A model generated the notes under the pieces. That model had not been told where the DNA came from, did no database searches, and saw only the letters and a program-made list of their open reading frames with translations. Below, piece after piece: positions 11,094 through 20,593 of a DNA stretch of 32,000 nucleotides. Position 1 is the first letter of the stretch. Every line of letters begins with the position of its first letter. This DNA is from Candidatus Saccharimonadota bacterium (GTDB taxonomy: Bacteria; Patescibacteriota; Gracilibacteria; BD1-5; UBA2023): contig BAAFHK010000002.1 of the NCBI GenBank assembly GCA_042852035.1, forward strand, positions 180,001 to 212,000, in the 5' to 3' direction. Position numbers and translations under genes: made by a program.

Positions 11094-12014
11094 TTATTGA
11101 ACATCAAGAACTTCAACCTCGAAGAACAGAGTTTTTCCAGCGAGTGGATGTGAGTTCGGCATTTCTACTTGAACCTCTTCACCATTGATTGCAACTATCT
11201 TAAGAGGAATAGTATTTCCTCAAGCAGGATTCGTAAGAATTCACTCTACTCCAGCTTCAAACTTCTTTCCAGCAAATGGACTTTTTGAGTTCTGAACATT
11301 CATAGTAACTCAAGTGGCAAGGAGTTCCTTTACCGTAAACTTTGCTCCATCCTTTTCTGCCGTTGCTCAGACAGTAAGTTGCTTTCCGTAGAATGGATGA
11401 TCTTTATTGTCGATAGCAAGAGTAACACTATCTCCATCGATTTTTACAACTTTTGCTGTTATACCAAGTCCTCCAGTAAGAGTCTGACCTTCCTTAAGGT
11501 TGTTTCCAGCTTCTCCAAGACTTGATTTTGGTACAGCCTGAGTGATAACATCCTGAAACCTTGACTTATCAACAGTAACAGTGAATTCAGGAGCTACTTC
11601 ATATTTTGGAACAGTCCTTACAACAGTCGCTTCACCATAACCATCTTTTGGTGATACTTCAATCGTCTTCTTCTCTCCCTTTTTCATGCTTGCGACTCCA
11701 GCTTCAAATCCTGGAATAACGCTATTTGTTCCAAGTACGAGCTTGAATGGCTCAAAAGTCATACCACTTTGGTAGAGACCATTTTCTTTTGCTACAGATT
11801 CAATAGTTGATTCAAGAACTTTTCCATTTGCAGCACCTTCACGTAGAGTGTAATTGAGGCTTACTACAGCATTTTGTGGCATTGGCTCAGTTGCCTTCTG
11901 TTCAGCTACTGGAGCAGGTGCAGGAGGATTAGCTGCTGACGGAGGATTTGGAGTATTTGGTTTTGTACAAGCAGAGAGTACTAAGAGCGCGGATATAATA
12001 ATAAGTTTTCTCAT
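11094..12014 (-). CDS. Lipoprotein with FKBP-type peptidyl-prolyl isomerase domains (SlyD/FkpB-like C-terminal module), 306 aa
   Basis: Track ORF 11367-12014 extended through TGA 11367-11369 to TAA (complement of 11094-11096). Lipobox 'LLVLSAC'. Pro/Ala-rich linker. 'VIPGFEAGVASMKKGEKK' and C-terminal 'HPLAGKTLFFEVEVLDV'. Confidence 0.8.
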
Positions 12015-12056
12015 AAAAAAATGGAGTAAAAATACTAACGAAGTATATATAGAGTC

Positions 12057-13064
12057 CTACTTTTTCAAACTCATGATAGCTCGCTCAATTCAAAATATAC
12101 GTCATAATTCAGGATCATGAAGTCATTTTCCGCTTCTGTAAGCAATATTTATGGAAACGATTTTATCATAAAAGTCACGTAGGGATTCCCAATTCACAGA
12201 TGACTGAAATGCTTTTTTTACAACGAAAGGATGGAGTTTGAGTGATTGTATAATTTCTGGCTCAGAATATCAGTGATATTTCATATATTTTACATAAACA
12301 CTTCCTCGTAAAAGTCAGATAAAACTCGGAAGAAATTGATACATGGTTGATTCTCATTCAAGAGTATGAAATAACTGGAGTGATTTTTTCACATTTCCTG
12401 AAAGGATTGCATCTGTAAGATCAAATATTCTTCACGAAGATTCAATGAGAATTGATAAAGAAATATCTTCCTCCCCAATTCTTGTAGTTTGACTCAAGAG
12501 GGAAAGTTTTTCAAGGGATTCTTCGATAAGAGTAGCTATGCTTCTTGGTTTTTTATCTTCATCATAGAGAGCATAGATTCGTTCATAGGTATCAAGAACT
12601 TTTTTTAGAATTTCCAAAGAAAGTTGAGGATATCTTTTTTCCCATATTTGAGCTGAGAATATGCTATCGAAAACCCGCATATCTGCATTTTCTTTTGTCC
12701 ATTTTTCGAATCATCCCCCTATATCTCATTCGAAAACAATAATTATAAATGTTTCGTCATCAATTTGTTCAAGAATTTTAATAAGTGAATCGGACCGATT
12801 TTCTTCCTTTTTTTCTTTTCATTTTTTTTCTGTCTTTTCAAAAAAACTTCCTTTAAGAATAAATAATCGTTTTTCAGCAAAAAGCCCCACAGAGAGAATC
12901 ATTTGTTCGAGGTTATGAAAATTTATGTTCTCTTCAAATCGAATAATTTCTATATTTGCATCAGATTGTCTTTCCTTAAAGGCATCCATAAATCTCTTGA
13001 GCTCATTTCTTACTCAAACTCGGTCACGCCCCGAGATGCTGATAATATTTTTTCGAATTGCCAT
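12057..13064 (-). CDS. holA: DNA polymerase III delta subunit HolA, 335 aa
   Basis: Checked line by line. Includes track ORF 12432-12680. 'IFDLTDAILSGNVKKSLQLFHTLEG', 'LKLHPFVVKKAFQ' and 'INIAYRSGKG' fit the HolA domain III pattern. K/E-rich insert 'EKTEKKGKEKKEENRS'. TAG stop. Confidence 0.7.
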
Positions 13065-13071
13065 AAATAAG

Positions 13072-13099
13072 AGTATAAGAAAATACTCTAAATCGCCAA
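13072..13099 (-). promoter_or_regulatory. Candidate promoter for holA (TTGGCG, 16-nt spacer, TATACT), giving a near-leaderless mRNA
   Basis: On the minus strand, ttggcg (complement of 13094-13099), a 16-nt spacer, then tatact (complement of 13072-13077). The -10 element ends 7 nt before ATG 13064. Confidence 0.3.
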
Positions 13100-13108
13100 G
13101 GTTTTAAA

Positions 13109-13131
13109 AAAACTCCTTTAGGAGGAGTTTT
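13109..13131 (-). terminator. Rho-independent terminator after mscL
   Basis: 9-bp stem aaaactcct/aggagtttt with loop ttagg. On the minus strand it is followed by a T7 run (complement of 13102-13108). It starts 4 nt after the mscL stop. Confidence 0.7.
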
Positions 13132-13134
13132 AGA

Positions 13135-13527
13135 TTATTTGCTTTTCTTTAAGAGATCTCTGATTTCCATAAGGAGTTCATTATCACTTGGACCTGTTGG
13201 GGCAGGTGCTGGAGCTGGCTTCTTGAGTTTACTCATTGGTTTTACTACAAAGAAGAATATAGCAAATGCTACGATAATAAAATTGATAAGAATAGTAATA
13301 AATGAACCATACTTTATGGCAACCTCATTTCCAGTTACACCATGAAGATTAAGTACCAGTGAGGAGAAATCTACTTTCCCAAATGCAAATCAGATTGCTG
13401 GCATCATGAGATCTTCAACAAGAGAGGTAACAATTTTACCGAATGCAGCACCAATAACGACTCAGACAGCAAGATCAACGACATTACCCTTCATGGCAAA
13501 ATCCTTGAATTCTTTAAGCATACTCAT
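13135..13527 (-). CDS. mscL: Large-conductance mechanosensitive channel MscL, 130 aa
   Basis: 'MSMLKEFKDFAMKGNVVDLAV[TGA=G]VVIGAAFGKIVTSLVEDLMMP'. Start is taken at the internal Met of track ORF 13462-13680. TAA stop. Confidence 0.9.
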
Positions 13528-13622
13528 ATGAATAAAAATTAGAGAATAAATTGATACGAAATACTCTATTTCTATTTCACTATCAATACTTTCATTGTAC
13601 AGAGTTTCTTTGTTTTTCCATT

Positions 13623-13650
13623 TTGGAAATATAGGCAATTTCTTTATAGT
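13623..13650 (+). promoter_or_regulatory. Candidate promoter (TTGGAA, 16-nt spacer, TATAGT) for the protease lipoprotein
   Basis: ttggaa at 13623-13628 and tatagt at 13645-13650, 10 nt before ATG 13661. Confidence 0.35.
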
Positions 13651-13660
13651 ATTTTTAATT

Positions 13661-14221
13661 ATGAAAACTATAGCTTTCATTATCGTTCTTTCTTTTCTTA
13701 CGGGATGTTCAATATTGCCTTTAAAACAAGGGAATCATCGAAATATAGTAGAACTATTTGCATGAGACATGAGAATTGGTTATGGACTAATGCTAGAAAG
13801 TGGTGCTTACATGACAGCCACGCATGTTCTAAATAATTGTAAGAAATTGAATTGTTATATTCATGGAAAGAATATCTGAAATAGGGTAATTAGTTTGGAT
13901 TGAGATATAAGTATTATAGGGGAAGATGTTAACCTCGAAGATGTAAAGCTTGCATGAGTAATAAGCTGAGAATCTCTCTATCTTCTTCGTCCAGAGAATT
14001 GAAGAATGAATCGATATACCACAAAAGTTACTTGAGTAAATATCGATTATATAGCGTATGATAGCCTCCTATCAGGATCATATTTAACTTGAGGAATTGA
14101 GATTGGTATATCGCTTCAAAAGGGTGATAGTGGACTCCCTGTTTGGAATGAATGAGACCAACTCGTCGGTGTTGTGAGTTCTACGGATGTGGTAGGAGGA
14201 AAAAGTTATATAGCACAATAA
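13661..14221 (+). CDS. Small trypsin-fold (S1-like) serine protease lipoprotein, 186 aa
   Basis: Lipobox 'FLTGC'. His motif 'MTATHVL'. Asp 'GDISIIG'. Ser motif 'KGDSGLPVW'. About 11 in-frame TGA, so absent from the track. TAA at 14219-14221. Confidence 0.6.
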
Positions 14222-14223
14222 AA

Positions 14224-14254
14224 AATCCCCATCTCTTATTTTGGAGAGGGGATT
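14224..14254 (-). terminator. Hairpin terminator between convergent genes
   Basis: aatcccc(a)tctc, 8-nt loop, gaga-ggggatt. On the minus strand it is followed by a T5 run. There is no T-run on the plus-strand side. Confidence 0.45.
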
Positions 14255-14279
14255 GGGTGAGATTGGCTTATCTCCTTTG

Positions 14280-16670
14280 TTAAGGATTTATTGGGGGTTG
14301 CTTAGTAGTTGTAGCTTGTGCTTGATCTCCCGACTTTTTCTCTTCAGGCTTAAAATAATCTTTATTAATGCTTGTTATGGCTTTTGCTACTTCTTCGGCA
14401 GCTTTTAGGGTCATAGAATTAGATGTCATAAGTGATTTTAGGAAATCATCCTTTGAGATAATTCATTTTTTTCATTCTACTTGTTTTTTAATTTCCTCAG
14501 TAGTATAGCTAATTGTATCCTCCCCAGCCTTATTCTTAATAGTTATAGGTGTTCCTCAATTGATGGTAACATTTACCGAATCAGAAGATCCTACTCTTCA
14601 AGAAAGGAATCAGGCTGAAGTATTATTTCCACCTTTCGATCAACCAGTAAGTGATTTAAAGGCACTCATTAACTCGCTGTCATTTGTGTTAATCTTTCAG
14701 TCTTTTGCATCATTTGTTCGATTCACTATTAGTTCAGCTTTTTCTTTGTCGTATCACATCTGCTGAAGGGCTTCCATTTTTTTATACTTGTTATCACCAT
14801 ATTGGTCATTTAAATGTTTTACAAGATCAGTGAATAATGTAGAATATTCTTGGTTTGTGCCTGAAGTTTTCCTGAGTATTTCTCAAGCTTCTTTTAAGGC
14901 AGGACTATTTATGTCATTCTTTGCATTCTTTAGGGTATCTCTAAATTTAACTTCATCAGCTGCTGATGTGACCTTATCGCCACCAAATAATTTTCCATAA
15001 TTTGATTTTTTAAAGTCCTCATCTCATTTACGTTGGAGCGCGATACCCGCATTATCAAGTACTTTATCTGCAGCTTTAAGACTGAGACCACCTGTACCAG
15101 GGATAGGTGTATATTTTGGTAAGTCCATCGCAAGTTTTCCAACACGTTTCCCCATTGCTTCAAATGGTTCAAATGCAGCCTTTGCAACCTTCGTAACATT
15201 CTTTGCTGCCATGAAGGCTGACCAAAGAAAAATAAGTGCAATAATATCGATGATAAGCGTTCAGAATACGCTTCATGTGGCTGATAATACACTATTTACA
15301 GTAGTGGCAGCCGCAGCATATTCTTTTATATCTGTAACTATTGATCCGTAGAATTTAAATGTAACTCATCCAAAGATTACTTCAGTTACACTCACATTTA
15401 TCGTTGAATTTGCTGATTCTGATCAATCATCTCTTTGTTCAACCTTCTTTTTGATAACGTTATCAGGAGATCCCATAATCCCAAGGATTTGACAGCCTTG
15501 ACCTCCTGGTTGCATGTAACTTTCTTCACATTTAACAGGAGTTGTTCCTAGACTTGGGCTTTGCAGAACAGATATGACAACTATACCAAAAGAGAGTGAT
15601 AATCCTACAAGTGCTGGTACAAAGGCGAGTCCTATAAATTCTTTAATTTCGAAGCTATCTCCATTTTCTTTTCCTCCAAAGAAACCATCTCACACAACAT
15701 ATCTGAGAGTAAGAAGGGGGGAGAAAATGGCATAAAACCAGAGTTTAATGGCTCTCATCATAAGCATAAATATGAGAGCAACGACCAAAAATCAGAATAT
15801 AACAAACATTACAACACCAAGGATTCATTTATTAACTATTCCACCTATGGACTGCATAACATCGGTTGTTGTGCTTAGTTTTTTTATTTCATTAAATTTA
15901 AAAAGACCATTTCCATAGATAAGAAGTGAACCGTAGATTCAGGAAGAGTTCGTAAGGATATCTTTTGGTTTTAAAAGTTTTGTTGGACTATACTGAGTTT
16001 GTCAGCTAACGACTGAATACGCAGGATCTGTAAAAAACTCATATTTATCAGGTATGGATTCTGTGTTCCACCAAGAATCAGGTGAGTTATTTCCCGCCAT
16101 ATACTTCTCCATCACTTCAGTTGGTATATTCATAACTGAAGCTGTGACAATTGTTGAGAGTGAAATGATGAATTGAACAAACCACCACGTCATCGGTACA
16201 AGTATAATTCCGAGAGCAAGACGAGGAAGAAGTTTTTTATATCAATAGTTCTGGGAATTAAATATCGTTGCCAGAGCTATGAATATGAGAAGTATCGCAT
16301 AGATAAAATAGGTGATATTTGACACAAGTACCCATAGATCATGAAGGATCGGTCTCAGGTTAAAAAGATCTCCCGTTGTCCAATCAGGTGACATGAGCCA
16401 TCCTGCGAGCATTATTGCAGGAGATACAACAAAAGATAAGAGTTCTAGTGCTATATTGAGTCAGCCTATTAATTTATTATACATTTTTACCATCTCTTCA
16501 TCTGAGGTACATTGCGGTTGATTTGCTCATCCACACTCTGTCGCAGCAAATGTAGGAGTTACGATTGAGACACTTGATAGTATATCCGTGCTCTTGGTAT
16601 CTATTTCGATAAAAAATCCTCCCAATATCGTGAGAGATAATATTATTGATGTAAGGATTTTTCGAGGCAT
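14280..16670 (-). CDS. 796-aa polytopic envelope protein. Topology, size and synteny suggest TrbL/VirB6/TcpH-like (inference only).
   Basis: Minus strand translated triplet by triplet. Open from ATG 16670 to TAA (complement of 14280-14282) with about 22 in-frame TGA. Contains track ORFs 16002-16193 and 15024-15212. Signal/anchor 'MPRKILTSIILSLTILGGFFI'. About 8 more TM helices (e.g. 'LLPRLALGIILVPMTWWFVQFIISLSTIV', 'ILGVVMFVIFGFLVVALIFMLMM', 'FIGLAFVPALVGLSLSFGIVVISVL'). Two loops carry Cys pairs ('ECGGANQPQC', 'KCEESYMQPGGQGC'). About 290-aa K/E/N/S-rich soluble C-terminus. Confidence 0.6.
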
Positions 16671-16687
16671 AGAATATATGTATTTTT

Positions 16688-16716
16688 ATTAAACCATAAG
16701 TCTCATTTTTTTGCAA
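16688..16716 (-). promoter_or_regulatory. Possible internal promoter (TTGCAA, 17-nt spacer, TTTAAT) upstream of the polytopic gene
   Basis: ttgcaa at 16711-16716 (palindromic hexamer), a 17-nt spacer, then tttaat (complement of 16688-16693). It lies in the 55-bp gap between the two minus-strand genes. Confidence 0.3.
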
Positions 16717-16725
16717 ATATCATAA

Positions 16726-17568
16726 TTATTCTGTCAGAGACGCTTTATAGTCTGACTCTGTACTAATAAGATTCAATTTTTTTACAAGTTCTGTTCCAGA
16801 GTCAGGAAGTACTACCACTACTTGCTTTATTATAGCGTCTCTATTGTTAATAAGAGTATCGAGAATCTTTCTATTTTGAGCCTGAAGGATGCTATATCAG
16901 CGCTGGAATCTTTCAACATAAGCAAGATAGACTCGAGCCCTATTTTCATCATTTTTTGCTTGAACATAGGTATCGATGACTGAGTCGACCCCATCGTATT
17001 CAAATGCTTTATACTTTGTCTCCATGTTAGACTTTGCCTCTTCTGTAAGAGAACTACTTTCGCTAATTACCCTTTGAAGCTCATTTGCTTGTTCTCTGAG
17101 CATTGCCATTCTGTCCGTTGTTTTTGTATAGTATGATTTGAGTATTTCAATATGCTCATCAAGTGCTGTCATGCGATCATTTGACTCCTCAAGCATGGTT
17201 TTGATATCGATCTTGAGCACGTTTACATATGATTGTAAAGCGAGCATATTTGTTCCGATGAGCTTTGTTTGAGCGTCGCGAGGATTTGCAAGCGCTTCTG
17301 CAACGGTAATATTCTCATCGAGTCCATTACGAGCTGAAGTTTTCTTTATGGTTGACTTCTGCTCAGAGATAGAAAGAGAAGCAGCTGTCGCATAACTTCC
17401 CAAATAGACCATATTTGCTTGTGTAAAATTTCCATCATTTCCAGCAACTACCCTCGGAGAAATATATGGAGTTATATAACCCCAAGAAAGATGAAGAACG
17501 AGCGTGAAGAACAGCGTGAATATTAGTGTGTTTTTGGTGAAATCCTTGATTTCAGGGTGCATATGCAT
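16726..17568 (-). CDS. N-terminally anchored coiled-coil protein, 280 aa (TrbJ/VirB5-like by architecture and position; inference only)
   Basis: Track ORF 16897-17568 extended through TGA 16897-16899 to TAA (complement of 16726-16728). TM 'TLIFTLFFTLVLHLSWGYI', then long heptad-like helices ('DIKTMLEESNDRMTALDEHIEILKSYYTKTTDRMAMLREQANELQRVISE'). Confidence 0.6.
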
Positions 17569-17628
17569 ATGCTGAATCGGTCAATAAAGATAGTCGAGTA
17601 CTCTTATATTACACGTTTTTAGAAAAGA

Positions 17629-19944
17629 ATGCAAAAAATACGTACAATCTTCACATCACTTCTCTTATCTATTTTTGGATATTCTCTGGTTTTTCCAGTA
17701 TTTGCCTCGATAGAATTCGTAGATAAATATGATTATAGTGATTATATTGATAAAATCAATATCACTTCAAGCGATAATGAATTTCATTTCAAGAAACAGT
17801 TTGAAAGTGAAAGAACGACCTTTTTTCTACGTTTTAGTGACTACATTCCTGAATCTTCGGATGAAGTTGATGTTATTTGGCACATTGATGGAAAAGACTA
17901 TCATCGTCACCTTGATTGGGACAATGAAGAACAATATGGAGATACGACATTCCCTCTTGTTACAAAAGAAAGAAGAGAAATTAGTTTGACTTTGGTTTTT
18001 CACTGAATGAAGAGACCAAAATCAGTTGAGTTAGTCACGAGTAATCAATCGAGTCAATGAAAAAGAATCATATTTCGTAAAGAATATACGAGCGTACAAG
18101 CAAGTGAATCGAATAGCGTAAAAGTCATAAGTCGTGCAGAGTGGTGAGCTGATGAATCACTTCGATATATGTCGAGCTCAAGAATAGCACAAAAAAAACA
18201 TGAATGGGAAAATCGTGGAAGAACCCCAAAAATTATCGAGGAAACAGAGATTGAAAGAGCGAAACGAATCAATTCAGATAAGGAATATAATAGCCTTATA
18301 TCTTTAGATAATGATTCCAATACGGTAGTTCGTCTCACTCGTTATGAATGAGGTAATAAGCTTATCTTCCCAATCCGAACGGCAAAAAAAATAAGCCGAA
18401 TTTTTATCCACCATACTGCAGAAGGCCTTGAACAAGATGCTGATGATGCGAGCCTTATTCGAGCAATCTACCTTTACCATACAAAAACAAAATGATGGTG
18501 AGATATTGGATATAATTTTATTATTGGGCAACGATGAGTCATATATGAGTGAAGATCATGATGAGATTATGTCGAATGAGCTCATGTATATGCTAATAAT
18601 CTTTGAACCGTATGAATTTCTGTTATATGAAACTATCAGACACTTCATCTCAATCGTGACCAAAGGACCTGACTTGTTGATGCAATATCATATGTTGCCA
18701 AAAAATACGGAATTAATGTTGATGAAGAGACTTCGGGTATTATGACGTGTAAATGAGGGGAGAATTGTTCTTGGAAAAAAGTTACTACCCAACGACTTGC
18801 TTGACATAGAGATGCATGAAATACAAGTTGTCCCTGAGATAATATATATGATGAGCTCCCAGCCATCAGAAATGAAGTTGTATGAAAAGTATGAAAAGTA
18901 AAACCAGTATATAATCCAGAAGTTCAAAAGAAAGATCCACTTGATCCTGAAGATGAAATTCAGTTCATGATACAGGCAAGCGCTCAAAATATAACAAAGA
19001 TTTCTTCTACTATTTTGAATTCACAAAATATTAATCCCCCCGCAAAGAGTATCCCATCAAAGAGTATTAAGATCCGCCTTTCCTATCCTTCTGATACGCT
19101 GAGTTTCCAGTCAGCCACAGAGAACAAGGCTATTGTAAGAATGAATGCTAAAATTCTCCCATTTCAAAAAAATACGGAAGGAAATGTATTCCTCAAGGGA
19201 ACTAATGAAGTGGTATTTAAATCAGGAAATAAGGAGTACAGCTGAAAAACGCTTACCGTAAGTTCCGATGTTATTCGTATTTCTTCATGGAATAGAATCC
19301 CACTCTGGGATAGTTCACGACGATACAACGATAACCTCTTTCGTGGGAAAATCTATATTTCGAATCAAAATGGTAAGCTTCTTGTTGTAAATGAATTACC
19401 TATAGAAGATTATCTTCGCTGACTAGGAGAAGTTTCTGATACTGACCATACTGAAAAAATTAAAACGATTCTTGTTGCAGCTCGTACTTATGCGTATTTT
19501 TATATAAAACCAACAAATAGAAAGTATGATACAAAACTCTATGATGGATCAGATAATCCTGATGAGTTCCAAAAATATCTTGGTTATGGATATGAGATGC
19601 GATCACCAAATGTAGCAAAACAGGTAGAGGAAACAAAGTGACTGGTTATTACCTTTAAAGAAAAGCTCATCAAACCATGGTATTTCTCAAGTTCAGATGG
19701 AAATACTCGATCTTTTAAAGAATACTGCCAATCAAATAACCCAGGGAAAAGCTGCGAAGATATCCCATACCTTCAATCTGTATCAGATCCTGCAGGAATT
19801 GGACACCAGAGAAGTGGTCATTGAGTTGGTATCTCTTGAATCGGGGCAACCTATGCTGCAAATATGGGGAAGAACTTTAAACAAATTATCGGTTATTATC
19901 TCAATGGAACACTTATACGAAATATTGAATCAATCAAGGAATAG
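17629..19944 (+). CDS. Secreted/anchored peptidoglycan hydrolase fusion of N-acetylmuramoyl-L-alanine amidase (Amidase_2/PGRP) and SpoIID/LytB, 771 aa
   Basis: Frame 1 checked line by line, with 26 in-frame TGA. Joins track ORFs 17629-18006, 18169-18351 and 18967-19245. Signal 'MQKIRTIFTSLLLSIFGYSLVFPVFA'. Amidase_2 motifs are 'RAEW[G]A', 'IFIHHTAEG', 'K[G]W[G]DIGYNFIIGQR[G]VIYE[G]RS[G][G]' and 'LA[G]HRDA[G]NTSCP[G]D'. SpoIID motifs are 'LPIEDYLR[G]LGEVSD..ILVAARTYAYFY', 'PWYFSSSDGNTRS' and 'GH[G]VGIS[G]IGATYAANMGKNFKQIIGYYLNGT'. TAG at 19942-19944. Confidence 0.9.
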
Positions 19945-20047
19945 AGAAAACATCTCTCCCATTAATACTTTATTTTCTCTTTCCTTCAACTTGATTGTGA
20001 TTCATTATTGCGTATTCTTCTATTTATAGAATTGTAACTGTCATTTT

Positions 20048-20593
20048 ATGTATCTTTCCGATAAAGACATCAAAAGTTCCATTCAGACTGGTGAAATTAC
20101 TATTACTGACTTTGATAATAATCGACTTCAACCAGCAAGTTATGATATACGGCTTGGATCGAAATTTCTTATCGTAAAAGATTATTCTGTGGTAAATATT
20201 GATCCAGTAAACAAAGTTCTTCCTGAATATGAAGAAATAACAGTAACTCCTGAAGATGGATTTATTCTGCGTCCTGGAGTTACAGTTCTTGGCACTTCAA
20301 TAGAAAAATTTTGATCGGAGAAATACCTTATTCAACTTTCAGGAAAGTCTTCACTTGCACGACTTGGTCTAATCGTACATAATACAGCTGGGCTTATTAA
20401 TCCTGGTCACTATCTCAATATTACCTTTGAGCTAGCAAATATGAATTCTATACCAATTATTCTTAGGCCTGGAATGGAAATTGCTCAGATTTTATTTTCT
20501 GAGATGAGTTCCCCACCTCAGAAAGACTACAGAAAAATATGAAGGTATGGTGAAGGGGAGGCAAATATGGTGAGCTATGTCCATAAAGATTAA
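20048..20593 (+). CDS. dcd: dCTP deaminase, 181 aa
   Basis: Track ORF 20048-20314 extended through 2 TGA. 'LQPASYDIRLG' and 'GKSSLARLGLIVHNTAGLINPGHYLNITFELANMN'. TAA at 20591-20593. Confidence 0.85.

Noticed and set aside
12780-12850. A polypyrimidine/homopolymer-rich stretch (T7-T8 runs) considered as a phase-variation tract or regulatory element
   Set aside because: It lies inside holA and simply encodes a Lys/Glu-rich linker (EKTEKKGKEKKEENRS) on the minus strand. There is no evidence of slippage, so it is noted only as low complexity.
12545-13345. A series of plus-strand track ORFs (12545-12742, 12661-12918, 12925-13107, 13139-13345)
   Set aside because: They are antisense to holA and mscL, which both have family motifs and correct stop codons. 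The plus-strand products are poly-Ser/Phe junk.
13528-13680. The N-terminal 51-aa extension of mscL implied by track ORF 13462-13680
   Set aside because: MscL proteins begin at 'MSMLKEFK...'. The extension would overlap the start of the divergent protease gene (ATG 13661) and remove any promoter space.
16498-16716. Track ORF 16498-16716 (minus strand, 'MQKNETYGLIKIH...') as the N-terminus of the large membrane protein
   Set aside because: It is in a different frame from downstream ORFs 16002-16193 and 15024-15212. The frame starting at ATG 16670 gives a proper signal/anchor sequence and is continuous to 14280.
18428-18745. Track ORF 18428-18745 ('MNKMLMMRALFEQ...') and ORFs 17729-17989 and 19697-20029 as separate genes
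   Set aside because: They are alternative frames inside the amidase-SpoIID CDS. The frame-1 product carries all the family motifs.
18880-18900. The direct repeat gtatgaaaa-gtatgaaaa-gta
   Set aside because: It is only two 9-nt units encoding VGKVGKV in the inter-domain linker of the amidase fusion. That is too short to call a functional repeat.
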